Counted from the stretch's first letter, positions 28,146-43,508 are shown. The stretch is 64,000 nt of DNA from Eledone cirrhosa (GCA_964016885.1 OZ024755.1:6014001-6078000); one strand, 5' to 3'. Made by a program: numbers and translations. The notes: a model not told the origin generated them from the letters alone.

Positions 28146-28890
28146 ACAATGAAAGCATTGTCTCATTTAATGATCGGCTCATTTCCTTCATTTTTTTCTA
28201 TTTTGTGTAGAACGGGATCAAGTTTCTGCTAACATAAGACTATATGCGTAACGCAATCTCAGTTTTTGGCTTTTATTCTTTCGAGGTCGATAAATAAAGT
28301 ACATGTCTAGTACTGACGTTAACCCTTCTCTCTATCTTTCTGCCTTTCTTTGGATGTAATCAGCAATGCTCAAACCTGGAAATGGATGTGCTCTTCCAGG
28401 TATAGAATGCCAAAGACATGCCGTGTATTACGAGAGACACACATATACAACTATATCATGTGTACATGGCACAACGATGGATGGGTGGAATCCCTTGCAA
28501 ACATTTTGTCTTGTCTGTCAAAACGACACTTAATTCACCTTGCCCAAATCTATACAGGATATGGTAAGAGAAGAAGCTATGGTTTATGTGAAGAGAATAA
28601 ATTAGATCGATATTATACACAGCAGTGATAAAAAACACATCTAAAGAATAATATCAATATATCAAGGAGGAGATTTTTATCTGATCACATTTCCAACATT
28701 GAGAAACATATTTAAAGAATTCCAGTAGAGGGCGTTAACGTAGAAGAGAAAGTGAACGTAATTTAAATTCAAAGAATTCTAATACAATTTGTAGAATTTA
28801 TGAATTTTAGTATCTTAAGTGAAATCAACAAAATGTATTCAATATATATATATATATGTGTGTATATATATATATATATGTATATATATG

Positions 28891-28999
<109 letters not shown>

Positions 29000-29031
29000 G
29001 TGTGTATATATATATATATATGTATATATGT

Positions 29032-29063
<32 letters not shown>

Positions 29064-29162
29064 GTGTATATATATATGTATATGTGTATATATATATCTA
29101 TCTATATGTGTATATATATATATATGTATATGTGTATATATATATATATCTATCTATATGTG

Positions 29163-29193
<31 letters not shown>

Positions 29194-29300
29194 CTATATG
29201 TGTATATATATATATATGTATATATATATATCTATCTATATGTGTATATATATATATATGTATATATATATATCTATCTATATGTGTATATATATATATA

Positions 29301-29365
<65 letters not shown>

Positions 29366-29367
29366 GT

Positions 29368-29425
<58 letters not shown>

Positions 29426-29564
29426 GTAAATATATATATATATATATATGTATATGTGTGTGTATATATATGTATATGTGTATATATATATATGTATATG
29501 TGTATATATATATGTATACATGTCTGTATATATATATGTATACATGTCTGTATATATATATGTG

Positions 29565-29598
<34 letters not shown>

Positions 29599-29758
29599 TA
29601 TGTGTATATATATATATATATGTGGGTATATATATATGTATATGTGCATATATATATATTATATGTATATATATATATGTATATGTGTATATATATATAT
29701 GTATATGTGCGTATATATATGTATATGTATGTATATATATATATATATATATATGTAT

Positions 29759-29972
29759 GAAGGCGTGTGGCTGAGTGGTTAGAGAATTGGATTCGCAATC
29801 GTAAGGTTGTGAGTTCGATTCCTGGACCAGGCGATACGTTGTGTCCTTGAGCAAGACACTTTATTTCACGTTGCTTCTTCTACCTGGAGTTGCGACCGAT
29901 AGATAGTATTAGCAATTGGAAAGACCAATGGAAACATTGTTTCCTCGGTCCGATTTGACGAAAGTCGATCGA
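29759..29972 (+). mobile_element. tRNA-derived SINE family S2 (CORE/V-like central motif)
   Basis: A box TGGCTGAGTGG, B box GAGTTCGATTCC, GTGTCCTTGAGCAAGACACTT. Further copies at 53055-53268 (+) and a 3' half at 37520-37627 (-). Confidence 0.88.
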
Positions 29973-30006
29973 TTGGATATATATGTATATGTGCGTATAT
30001 ATATGT

Positions 30007-30040
<34 letters not shown>

Positions 30041-30233
30041 ATGTATATGTGTATATATATGTATATGTGTATATATATATATGTATATGTGTGTATATAC
30101 ATGTATATGTGTATATATACATGTATATGTGTATATATACATGTATATATATGTATATATATGTAAATGTGTATATATATATGTATATGTGTATATATAT
30201 ATATATATGTATATGTGTGTATATATATATATA

Positions 30234-30264
<31 letters not shown>

Positions 30265-30294
30265 GTATATGTGTGTATATATATATATATATGT

Positions 30295-30471
<177 letters not shown>

Positions 30472-30683
30472 TATATATATATATTATATATATAGATATA
30501 TATATGTATAAACATTAAGTGGTTAAAACGGTAATTCGTCAATTTTGGTAATGCTATCTTTAGTCAGTTTTAGAATAAATATTCTGTATTCGTCAGTTGA
30601 CTCAATGAACTCCACCTCACCAAAAATAACAAGAAAACAATTCAAGACACAAAACAAAAGTAACAACAATAACAACAACAACA

Positions 30684-30736
<53 letters not shown>

Positions 30737-31146
30737 TATAATGAAAATACTTAAGGTATTATGTAGTACAAATAAACGATGAAACAAAAATTCTTGCTTA
30801 AGTTTAGGAGACGTTTTGATAATGAACGCTGGAGATACGTTGAGTTAGGCCAGAGGCTCAACTGGATAATTAAGCTCAGTTTAGAATAGGGAGTCGTGTC
30901 AGAGGAATGAATAGATAGATAGATAGATAGATAAATATATAGATTATAAGGAGTGAGTTGCAGAACAAGGAAGGACTAGTGAGTGATAAACAAGGAGAGT
31001 AATATGTAGAGTGAGTGGTGGTGGTGGTGGTGGTGGTGGTGGTGGTGGTGGTGGGGGTATAGAAAAGAAAAGACGAGAAAAGGAAATAAGAAAAATCATA
31101 GATCGTCTGATGTCTAGATATGGAATGAAGAAAATAAAGAATGTAA

Positions 31147-31190
<44 letters not shown>

Positions 31191-31502
31191 TACTACTACT
31201 ACTAATTGTTCCTACATTTGGCACAAGGTCAGCAATTTGAGGGTAGAGGAAAGTCGATTAAATCGACCCCAGTGCATTACTGGTACTTTATTTTATCGAC
31301 CCCGTAACGATGAAAGGCAAAGTTAACCTCGGCGGGATTTGATCATAAAGGGCCGTAACTCTTTGCTGCAAAGCATAGCGTCTGACCCTCTACCGATACT
31401 GGCAATCCACCGTCCTTATAATAAAAATAATAATAATAACACTAATAATAATAATAATAATAATAATAACAGTGATAATAATAATGATAATAATAACAGT
31501 GA

Positions 31503-31541
<39 letters not shown>

Positions 31542-32774
31542 CAGTGATAATAATAATAATATTAAAAACAAGATCATCAAACAAACAAACAACCAAATAA
31601 TAAATGTAAAATAAAATAGAATTTAATGAAAGAAAACTCCACAAAATCAAATGTGAGAATAAATAGAATAAACAAAGCCAACGATAGAATGTGAATAAGA
31701 TTCACTTCTATATCTTCCATGTGAGTACAGATAACTAAATGTAGTGTAAAACGTCTGTCTGTTTGTCTGTATGTATTTATGGATGTATGTATGTATGTGA
31801 GTGTGTCTGTATGTATGTCTATATGTATAATGCGTATGTATGTATGCATATATATATGTATGAATATATGTATGTTCGTATGTATACATGTATGTACGTA
31901 TGCTTGTATGTGTGTATACATTTTCCTTTCTATATCAATTATCACCAAACTCTCCCTCTCTTTATATCTACTACACGGAACTCTCTTCCAATCCCATTCT
32001 CTCTATCAATTACTACCAAACTCTCCCCCTCTCTACATTAACCATACAACACTCTCTCACAACCCCTCTCACTATATCAATTACCACCAAACTCTCCCCC
32101 TCTCTATACAGAAGCAACACAAATGAAGAAAGTAATAACGAGTGAGAGAATGGCAAGAATAGTGAAGGAAGACGAATGTTTGATAAATAAATCAATAATA
32201 AATAATTGTTTCTACTTTTGGCACAAGGCCAGTAATTACCCCTAGTACATTACTGGTACTTTATTTTATCGACCTCGTAAGGATGAAAGGCAAAGTTAAC
32301 CTCGGCGGATTTGAACTCAGAACGCAAAGGGCCATAACTATGCTGCAAAACATGGTGTCTGACGCTCTACCGATTCTGCCAAACCACTGCCCTGTGAAAT
32401 AATAAAAACAATATAGAAAATATTGACGTAGAGAAAGAAAGTTACAGTAATGGTAGAGGGGATGTAGAATAGAAGGGAGAGAAGGGAGTGATATGAAGGA
32501 GGAGAAGATGGTGGAGATAGGAGAGAATGATAGTGATACGAAGAAGGGGATATTGGAGGAGGGGGTGATGATGTAGAGTAGAAAAGGAGAGAAATACGAG
32601 AGAATGAGACAGTGATATGGAGGAGATAGTGGTGGTGGTGATAGGAGGGGGAATAGAAGAGAGAGAGAGATATAGAGAGAAGACAAAAGGTAACGAACAT
32701 AGAACGTGAGTAAAAGAAAGAGATAAAATTCCAGAAAAATATATTCTATGTATATATATATATATAGAATATAT

Positions 32775-33074
<300 letters not shown>

Positions 33075-33714
33075 GGAAATAAAATAAAAGACCAATGACA
33101 GTAACTGAACGAGAAGTTTTAAAAAGAAAACCTTCAAAACATAACCCCCCCCCCAAAAAAAAAGAAATATATCAAATAAACAGAGAGAGAGAGTTAAAGA
33201 AAGAACATAGGAATATAATAAAGATAGAATACAAGATTATAGGAATATATTTAAAAAAAGAATACAAGAATATAAGAATATAATAAAGAAAGAATACAAG
33301 AATATAGCAATATAATACTATTAGAAACTAAAAACAATGAACGTTTCTTAAAGAATCCGAATTTTATATGTGAAGCTCTGCAATTATTTCTCTGAGTAAA
33401 ACACTATTGAACAGCAAATACTTTTTTCCTTCATTATAAGACGATCGATCTGCCTTGCTATATCCAAAGGTTTGCAGACGACCATGGCAACAGGTTTCGT
33501 TTGCAATCTCTGTAACACATATTTAGAAGGTCCAGAGGTTAGAAAAGATCTTAGAATTTCAATGAAACAATATTCTGGTTTAGTCAAGCGAACAATAAAA
33601 ATCCTCTTTACTTTTATTTCTTTCGTTTATTAATACATGCTTACACACATACAAACATATATATATTGGCAACATGACCCTCCCAAAGTATAACAATATA
33701 TATATATATATATA

Positions 33715-33906
33715 TAACAAAGGAATTGTGGTAAGGAACCAGATGGACTATAACGCACCAGAGTACTCAATACTTAGGGTAGTAGAGTGTGAAATAGGAA
33801 AAAGTATGACCCCGACGGCAGAGCTCAAGCCGTTTCGACGGCTATTTCTGGACGCAGAAATAGCCGTCGAAACGGCTTGAGCTCTTCCGTCGGGGTCATA
33901 CTTTTT

Positions 33907-33910
<4 letters not shown>
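33715..33910. mobile_element. Foldback family A copy, subfamily 2, in (TA)n
   Basis: Arms TAGGAAAAAGTATGACCCCGACGG...GGCTATTTCTG-gacg-CAGAAATAGCC...GTCATACTTTTTCCTA. Confidence 0.88.
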
Positions 33911-33960
<50 letters not shown>

Positions 33961-34003
33961 AAGCATATATTCATATATATTGATATAAATATATATATAT
34001 ATT

Positions 34004-34035
<32 letters not shown>

Positions 34036-34769
34036 AGTATATATATATATATATATGTACAGCCGAACCATGTTATTCTTCAATCATTTACTATATATAT
34101 ATAAAGAAATTCTTTTTGGAATAAATAAATAATAAATTATCACTTATTCTCTATATGTCGTGTACATACGAAAAAGAGGTATATTATGTAGTCTCTGCCT
34201 GCATTTTTGTCATCATTATCTGTCTGAATATCCTGCCGTACTTCCATTTATGTTCGTCTTCCTCACCAGACACACACAAAACAGGAACTTCAAAATATTT
34301 TCTATACATCGTCTGCACTTTTTCTCTATAACCAGCACGAACATTCATATTTAACTATGTCTAGCAACATAAACAGCACAATTGCTAAATCTTGCAAGCT
34401 AAAGAACGTATCAATTTACATATATAGCCTTTCATAACGATGGTTTACTGTCAACGACTATTCGGCTTTTGACCAAATATCATTAAAGGACATGGACAAA
34501 GGTAAGATAAAAATAAAAGAACAAAATGACCTCCAAAATCAAATAAGACAAACCCCAAAAGACCCCCAAATCAAACAAACGAGTATATAAATAAATAGAA
34601 CAAGAATTAATAAATAAAATATGCAAGTAAAATGAGGTAAAAAAGCACGTGCACATTCGTATGTACACATATATATGTCTCTCTGTGTGTATATGTATAT
34701 ATATACATATATATATATATATGTGTGTGTGTGTATATACAATTTCTTATAATTGTGACCTCTCTCCTA

Positions 34770-34850
<81 letters not shown>

Positions 34851-34938
34851 CATAAAAAGTCAGGACACAACGGCTGAGCTCTTGCCATTTCAACAGCTAG
34901 TTCCATATCAAAACACCAGCACCAACAGTTTTGCAGGA

Positions 34939-35158
34939 CATGTCAACATGAATGGACCTGTTATTTTTATCTAAAGACATTTCTTCCAATTCCAACCCGC
35001 CCATCCCCTCAATCTATCTTATTTCTCATTCTTTCCTCTGATGAAGAACTAGCGTCCGAAACGTTAAGACCCTCTTCCTGCTACATCAAGCGTTAACGTA
35101 ATATATCCCTTCCATGTACCCTACCGATTATGTTGTTATTTCTGTTTACCTTTTACAC
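34939..35158 (+). mobile_element. Penelope-like pLTR fragment (family B) with minimal HHR at 35038-35070
   Basis: CTGATGA-A-GAAC tagc GTCC-GAAA-CGTTA. Ends ttgttatttctgtttaccttttaca plus microsatellite. Confidence 0.7.
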
Positions 35159-35646
35159 ACGCACACACACATATATATATAAAGTAACAAGAAATGCTCT
35201 TCTCATCCTGATTAACCGGGAACAAAGAATGGAAGCGTGTATTAGAAACAGTTTCATCAATACACCAATGCCACTGAGCCCCAGAGCCACACGTTTCTCA
35301 TGCAATCAAGAAATGATATATGCAACCCATAGGTCAAACTGATGGAGATAAATATTCAATAAGCGTATATCATGCTTGACATTTTCTAAATATCTGTATC
35401 TGCCAATAGATAATTAGATGTATTGATTACAGGAGAGAAAGAGAATAAAGCCGAACACGACTTTCTCATTAGCGACTCAAGTGAAGTGAAATAGCAACAA
35501 CAAAGAATCAAAATTGGATCACGGTATGTTTAACAAGATTGATACTAATATCATATAAAGACGAGAGAGGTTTATAATATCTAATCTTCAGTCTTCGGCT
35601 TCCTTCGGTTTCAATTATGTGTGTCCTAGTTAAGGCAACAGAACAG

Positions 35647-36176
35647 CCTACTGACAAAAATAATTGTTTCTACTTTTGGCACAAGGCCAGCAATTATCCT
35701 AGTGCATTCTTAGTCTTACTCTTAGATCCTCCATCCCTTGTGGAACATTGGGCAACGAGCTGCCTCCACTTGATCCTGTCACTGGCGGCCCTTCCAGCAC
35801 CTCTCCAGGTAATTCCCATTACTGGTACTTTATTTTATCGACCCCGTAAGGATGAAAGGCAAAGTTAACCTCGGCGGGATTTGAACTCAGATTGCAAAAG
35901 GACATAACTATATGCTGCAAAGCATGGCGTCTGACCCTCTACCGATACTGCCAATCCACCTACTGACAAAAATAATTGTTTCTACTTTTGGCACAAGGCC
36001 AGCAATTATCTCAGTGTATTATTGGTATTTTATTTTATCGACCCCGTAAGGATGAAAGGCAAAGTTAACCTCGGCGGGATTTGAACTCAGACCGCAAAGG
36101 GACGTAACTCCATACTACAAAACATGGCGTCCGACCCTCTACCGATACTGCCAATCCACCTACTGACAAAAATAAT
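35647..36176 (-). mobile_element. Two tandem S1 SINEs, the first interrupted by an RTE 3' end (~35710-35817)
   Basis: CCTACTGACAAAAATAAT occurs three times, flanking both copies. The insert on the minus strand translates GITWRGAGRAASDRIKWRQLVAQC. Confidence 0.85.
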
Positions 36177-36227
36177 ATGAGTATTCTACAGACGTGAGAA
36201 CCGTTAACTATTTTGTTTCAAGGGTTC

Positions 36228-36310
36228 TAATAGAAAGTACAGTGCCCTCTAATAGAAACTACACAGCCCTCTAATAAAAACTACATTGTAATCTAATAGA
36301 AACCACTGCC
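36228..36310. repeat. 22-bp minisatellite, four copies (CTAATAGAAACTACA...)
   Basis: Direct inspection. Confidence 0.75.
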
Positions 36311-36396
36311 AACGTGTTTGAAAATAATCACAAATATATATAAAAAAATTAGTAAAATAACTTTCTTGTTATTAAGATCTTATTTGGAATATGACT

Positions 36397-36598
36397 TAAA
36401 ATTTTAGCATTCACATTACACTATATTTACTTTTGTATTTTCGCGGTAAATATTTTTAGAATCTATGATATTTTGATATTATTTATTTTAAGAACAATAC
36501 CTTAACATCAGTATCAGCAGCCGGTTACAGTCAGTTTGAACAGAAAGAGGTGAGAGAATTCTGGTCGGATATGGCTGGTTTAAATTCCAAAGAGTTAA
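36397..36598. mobile_element. piggyBac-type MITE, diverged; second copy at 53659-53848
   Basis: Shared body (tttgaacagaaagaggtgagagaattctgg...tatggctggtt). The ends of the two copies reconstruct TTAA-CCCTTTAGCATT...AATGCTAAAG(GG)-TTAA. Confidence 0.65.
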
Positions 36599-36670
36599 GA
36601 AAGGTTTTTACAGAATTATGATGGGAGATTAAAAAAAAAAAAAAAATATATATATATAAATATATATGTA

Positions 36671-36887
36671 TGTAAAAGGTAAACAGAAATAACAACACAA
36701 TCGGTACAGTATATGGAAGGGATATATTAGGTTAACGCTTGATATAGCAGGAAGAGGGTCTTAACGTTTTGGACGCTAGTCTTTCATCAGAAGAAAGATT
36801 GAGAAATTAAATAGATTGAGGGGACTGGCGGGATGGAATTGGAAAAATGTCTTTAGATAAAAATAACAGGTCCATTCATGTTGACAT
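36671..36887 (-). mobile_element. Family B pLTR fragment with degenerate HHR at 36758-36790
   Basis: Reverse complement of 34939-35158. Core reads CTGATGAAAGACtagcGTCCAAAACGTTA (GAAA mutated). Confidence 0.7.
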
Positions 36888-37466
36888 CTGTCATTGAACT
36901 AGAAGAGATTTCTGACGGTTTTCTATAAAAGAATGTTAACGTAATTTTCAACGAGATTCTGCGTGACAGTGTGTGTGACAAAACGATAACCATAGAATTA
37001 CTGGTACAGTCTCTCCGACAGGATTCCATGCAATCTTCGTCAACCCAGTTCCATTCTTTCATTTAACGAAGGTACCAGTCATGTAAGGGGGTTGTTTCAA
37101 TTGACTACCTTTACTCTTCTGAAAGAAATTGTTATGTATTGATGTAATAAATCGATATCATATCAATACAGGAGATAATATTGATAAGAAACGTCAGTTT
37201 TATATAACTTATGACAAGGATGTAGATGTCATATCTGTTTTGCAAACGAGACGATCGTGGTATCAATAAAATGTAGATGTAAATAATACCAATGAAACCC
37301 CCCCCCCCCCACACACGCATACACACACAGAGATCATTCCCTTTGATATTTATAACATAAACAAAAGCAGACGACTGTGCTATCGATATCATATCTATAT
37401 AGCAGACGACCGTCACTTTGATATCAAACTTTTTATCTAATCAACAAATTGTGATATATGAATGTG

Positions 37467-37516
<50 letters not shown>

Positions 37517-37627
37517 GACAGTCGGTCGACGTTCGTCAAATGGACCGAGGTAACAATGTTTCCATTGGTCTTTCCAATTGCTAATACTATCTATCGGGCG
37601 CAAATCCAGGTAGAAGGAGCAATGTGA

Positions 37628-37670
<43 letters not shown>

Positions 37671-38289
37671 TGTAGATCCTTGGAAAAATCGAGGGGTAAA
37701 CACAGTAAAAAAAAAAGGGTACTATATATATATATATATAAGAGAAAACACAGGTAAGCATTAAGAGAAGGATTTTATCCAGGTATTTACGACCGTTTCA
37801 TTGGTAAGTGCAACCTTATATTGCTATACTGCAAATAGCAGCCACTCAATTATAATTGTTGTTCACGTCCAAATTATCAAAATAGTGAGTCTGCTTCCCT
37901 AACTATATATATATATATATTATTGTTATTTTCTATTACATGGCTTGTTCTTTGTACGATTTGGGGTATTTACTGGGACGTTGTAAGAACCAGTTGTTTG
38001 ATGGTTTATATACAATCACCTTAATTAAGGACACTTGAGATGTAGCTAGAGAGGTTAGATTATAATATGATACGTTACATTTAAGCACGGATTTTGATCA
38101 TAGGAATATACATAAGATGTTTGTGAGAGATTTCTGTGGGTTATTTATATTGGCCAACGGCCAACGACAGGGAAAATTAACTTTATGTATGACTGTTATC
38201 CTTACGGGGTCGATAAAATAAAGTACCAGTAATGCACTGGGTAATTGCTGGCCTTGTGCCTAAAGTAGAAACAATTATTGTTAAGTGTT

Positions 38290-38905
38290 TTAAAGAAATC
38301 GTTCAACGGTTGTGCGACTATAGACATTCTAGATTTTACTACTAAGGGGTGGGGCACATATTTACTTCATTGTTTAGATATTATTAGGGTCAGGGGTCTC
38401 AAATGGTTGATATAGATACAAGGGAATCTATTAGGGAGTTTATTAGAGAGAACGGGTCTTTTTGTTAAGTAGGATAACTTTACGCCCGATCGATGATTTC
38501 GTAGATAAAATAAGCAGTAAATATTGCATTGCCATGGAAAACTGTGAAGGATGAAAGAAAATGGTTGGTATCATGGTAAAAGGTAGAATAAGGAGATTCG
38601 AAAGGGTGGTTGGAGAGGCGTCAATTCCTGGGAAATTTGAAGTTGAACGGTATTTAAGTGAGTTTTGTGGTAGGTATATTATCGTGCCAACAGATAAGAT
38701 TGCGTCTTATTCCATGATTATTGGTAAGAGATATTATTTGGATGGTTTCTGGATAGAGAGTTGGTAGATGGTGGTGAGTATAGCTTTTCTGGTATTGGAA
38801 CTTATATGTGAAACATATCATTGTCGAAAGACATTGGTTCAACAGCTAGTCTGGAACTAGCTGTTGAAACGGCAAGAGCTCAGCCGTCGGTCCCCACTCC
38901 TTATA
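38290..38905 (-). mobile_element. Possible decayed Penelope-like element body with inverted HHR-type terminus (38838-38905, +)
   Basis: Weak, stop-ridden resemblance to a GIY-YIG C-terminus on the minus strand. Joined to AACAGCTAGT-ctgga-ACTAGCTGTT-GAAA-CGGC...GCCG-TC. Confidence 0.3.
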
Positions 38906-38911
38906 ACACCC

Positions 38912-38960
<49 letters not shown>

Positions 38961-39040
38961 GGCAACATATATATATGTGTGTATACATATGTGATGGACG
39001 AAATACAAAGATGGAAACATTAAGACATTTTCTTCTGATA

Positions 39041-39087
<47 letters not shown>

Positions 39088-39154
39088 ATATATATATAAA
39101 CGGAAAAACTGAAACGAAATTTCATTTCCCACTCTTAGTACGGCTGTTACTTAA

Positions 39155-39670
39155 ATATAAGTATGTATACGTACATACATATATGTATAAAGACGTACAG
39201 TAGTATGTATATATATATATATATATACATACATGCACACACATATATATATATATGTATGGATTCACCGAACTTTTATTATAATGCTCGGTGTGTTTGT
39301 AAACAAACATCCCGAATTAACCATCGTTGCTCATTTGTTCAACACTGACAAAGGAACGCTGTACTAGTTTCAAGCTTATTAGCTATCGTCAGCAACGTAT
39401 ACCTTCCTGCCAGATGGTTGAACGCCTGAAAGTATATACTTTCCTTATGCATATTAACGGCTGAGCAGCCTAATTTGCATATCGAGTGAGTTAATCGATG
39501 GTTGCTAGACACTGTACGACTTAATTCGGGATGTTTGTTTACAAACACACCGAGCATTATAATAAATGTTCGGTGAATCCATACGTACATATATATGTGT
39601 GCATGTATGTATATATACATACTACTGTACGTCTGTATACATATATGTATGTACGTATACATACTTATAT
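39155..39670. mobile_element. Long inverted-repeat (foldback/MITE-like) element
   Basis: 39155-39320 is the reverse complement of 39521-39670 (GGATTCACCGAAC...ATCCCGAATTAA / TTAATTCGGGAT...GTTCGGTGAATCC), with a ~200-bp spacer. Confidence 0.85.
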
Positions 39671-41779
39671 ATATATATAAATATATATATTTATTAAAAT
39701 AACAGATTAAATTTAAGAATCGCTGCTTTGACTCTTAATATTTTAATAAATATTTTAATAAATATTTTAATAAATATTTGCTCTACGGTTCTTATATATT
39801 TGATATATATTTATCCTTATCGAGTCCTCTTTGGATTTTAGTCTTCAAATTTATTATTATTACTATAAATATATATATATGTGTGTGTGTGTTTCAATGT
39901 TTACATAATATTGCAAAACCGAATTGTATCACCTTCTAGTATAATGTTTATGTCAGTTGTCCTCTGGCAAAGATGACAACAACAAAACACAAAAAAATAA
40001 TAACAACAACATTAACAACGCACACAAAAAACCTGAAGACATTAACATAAGAAAAGATGAGATGATGTCTCAGAGTGGAAGATAAGAGACAGAAACTTCC
40101 TTTGATTCATTTCATTGGATTTAAGTATTTAAGTTTAATCAATACCCAGTGGAAGCCTCACAACAGTATAATGGACACTACAAAGTATCTACCACTACTA
40201 CTACCAAAACTAACACCATTACAACTACCACCACTATTACTACTACCACTACTACTAACAACACTAACACCAACACTAACACCATCACTACTACCGCCAC
40301 TATTACTACTACCACTACTACAACTACTACCACCAACACTAACACCACCATCACCACCAACACCAACACCACTACCACTACCACCACAAACACTAACACC
40401 ACCACGACTACCACCACTAACACCACCATCACCACAAACACTAACACCACCATCACCACCACCACCAACACAATCACCACTACAACTACCAACACCACTA
40501 CTAACACAACCACCACCACTACAACTAACACCAGCACCACCACCACCACCACAACAACCACCACCACTAACACCACCACTAACTACCATCACCACAACAA
40601 CCGACCCTCACTCCCTCTATTGGTAAAATTTTGTGAAATTATAAAACCAGAAGAACATACAAACATACATAGATGCATACATACTTACATACATACATAG
40701 ATACATACATACACGCACACACACGAACACATGCACACACACACACACACATATATATATATGTATATATGTATATATATACGTACATCCATACACATAT
40801 ATACACATATGCAACGAGAGAAAGCGAGAGAGAGAAAAAGAGAAAGAGAAGAAAGAAAGAGTATATATAATTGAATTACTCAATAACCTATTGTTTTTAC
40901 GTAAATATAATTGGTGTAGAATCATGTATGTTGGCAGGTATATATATACACACACACACACACATTTATATATATCCTTATACATCCATATGTATGTATG
41001 TATGTATGTATGTATATACATTGGTTAAGAGAGTGGGACTGGCTTTGTGCAGTGCCTTTGCTCACTATAAAAGCTTCACGGCACAGGCATTGCTTTATAT
41101 CTGGAGATCTCTCTGCACTTGTCGTCACATGGTACCAAGGGCCCAGCACTATGTGTCAATAATTGTCACAAGTGTAGTGTTTGTACCAGAGTTTTCAAGT
41201 CGCTTGCTGGACTAAAAAGTCACACTCGTTCAGCGCATCGGTAGGGGTTCTCCTACATGGATATAAAATAGTGGCCGTACTCGAAAACGAGTTGGCAGCC
41301 ACCATGTATATATATATATATATGGATGTATAAGGATATATATATACATATCCTTATACAACTATATATATATATATTTATATATATATGCACATACATA
41401 TAGCACACAGGCACACATACATACACACATACACACATACACATATGCTCACATACACATAGATACAAGTATACATACACACATGGTGAGTGTGATAAAG
41501 ATCTGCGAAGAGGTCATTGTCTCATGATTTATGGAAATTTTTCTTCCAATATAATTATACGAATATAGGAATATAGAAATATAAGAATATAGGAATATAG
41601 AATATAAAAATATATCTTATCAATACTATTTTAATGCAGAACGCAGCTAAATGTTCGTCTATATGTTTATATGTGAATGTGGCGTTGTGAAATTAAGTGA
41701 ATATATAGACCTGTATTGTATACATTCTCCTCCGAGACTAAGATGCCTGTGTGTATATGTATGTTGGCGTGACATACAA

Positions 41780-41811
<32 letters not shown>

Positions 41812-41934
41812 TAGGTAATTCCGAAGGAAAAGCAAAGGAAAAACGAGTGCTCTATATATAGAACAGAGCTATTTAATTAGAAAGTGAACAACACAAAATA
41901 TAACTACTCCATTACCAAAGGTTTCTGGATCACT

Positions 41935-42150
41935 ACACATTCTGTGTTGGCCATTGTTGTAAGAGTGAGTTCGTTGCTGCTGCCCTTAGGTTACCTTCGT
42001 ACCGTGCTGTGGGCTCGTCCGGGATCCTGCATAGCAGGGTGTCGAGATGTTTCTTGAAAACATCCACGTCCACACCATGCAGATCTCTCAAACCCCTTGG
42101 CAGCTTGTTGAAGAGTTGAGGGCCTTTGAACCCAGGCTATTGCAATATCT
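41935..42150 (-). mobile_element. CR1-group LINE ORF2 C-terminal fragment
   Basis: RYCNSLG/FKGPQLFNKLPRGLRDLHGVDVDVFKKHLDTLLCRIPDEP...RAAATNSLLQQ, one frameshift. Confidence 0.8.
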
Positions 42151-42224
42151 GCTCCTTATTCTCTCTCTCTATATATATACTTACACACGCACACACACAC
42201 ACATATATATACATATATATATAA

Positions 42225-42260
<36 letters not shown>

Positions 42261-42656
42261 TTATAATATATATTATTCTTCAATATGTGATATATAAATG
42301 ACTATAACATTGAAGCAGAGTATAGATATATAGATATCGTTTCTCGTTGTTGATGTCGTTCCATTCGATCGTTTCAATGTTGCACATAATGCACTACAGG
42401 CGACAGTGATGCAGTTTTACACAGAACATATGTTGCAACACTACCAGTAATACACTGGGATCAAATTTCTTCTCCCCTAAAAATGATGGTATCCTTGTAG
42501 CTTAAATTAGAAACCTTTATTGCAACATTGGTTTATGATAATATTACTGTAGTGTTTATTTTTAGTATGTTTCATACAACTTCACTTCCAATGTCGTTAT
42601 AGCTTGCAAAATTATTTCTAACAAAATTGTGTAAGTTAGAACAAACACTGAGAACA

Positions 42657-42687
<31 letters not shown>

Positions 42688-42783
42688 TAGGGGCGGGCAG
42701 AGAGAGGGAGTGACTGAGAGATAGAGAGTGTGTAGCATGAAGAGAGAAAAAGAGGGAAAAGAGTTAGGGAGAAACGGAGGAGG

Positions 42784-42861
<78 letters not shown>

Positions 42862-43011
42862 TGGGGTTAATTGATAATGAAATATGGAGAGAGTAGAATA
42901 GACAAAGGAAGTTCAGCAGCAGTAGTAGTAGTAATAGTAGTAGTAATAAAAGAGATGGAGAAAGGCGAGAAAGGTGAAAAGAGAACGAAAGTATGTGTGT
43001 GTGTGGGAGAG

Positions 43012-43049
<38 letters not shown>

Positions 43050-43508
43050 GGGGGCAGTCGATTGCTGTAATCTGCAGTCTTAATATTTGTGAGAATATTT
43101 ATTTTCCAAATGTTCTTGTTGACAATGATTGAAGACGTGCACAGCAAAAACACACACTCGTGCCATCAATCATTCACAGGCTCCTGGAATATCAAGAACT
43201 GTTGTGTGTATAGGAATTCATACTTTCATTACATATTTTGGCAACAAAAAACCTAAAAAAGACAAAGAGTTGTTCGAAAGGCTGAGTGTTGAAACCTGTT
43301 ATAATCTAAGAAGTGTGGAGGCAGACATATTCGACAAAATAAAGTTTTAAAAAAGGAACAGAACTGATCATCAGAGGAGAGCGAGAAAACTGATCAAATA
43401 CCGATATTTTAACACTGCCCACAACCATCGATGGCAATAAATCTATTAATGTATATCTATATATATAGATATATATATATATATACAGATATAGATAAAT
43501 AGATATAC

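Noticed and set aside
29759-29835. tRNA gene
   Set aside because: A and B boxes are present, but the sequence continues into a SINE body and recurs in diverged copies.
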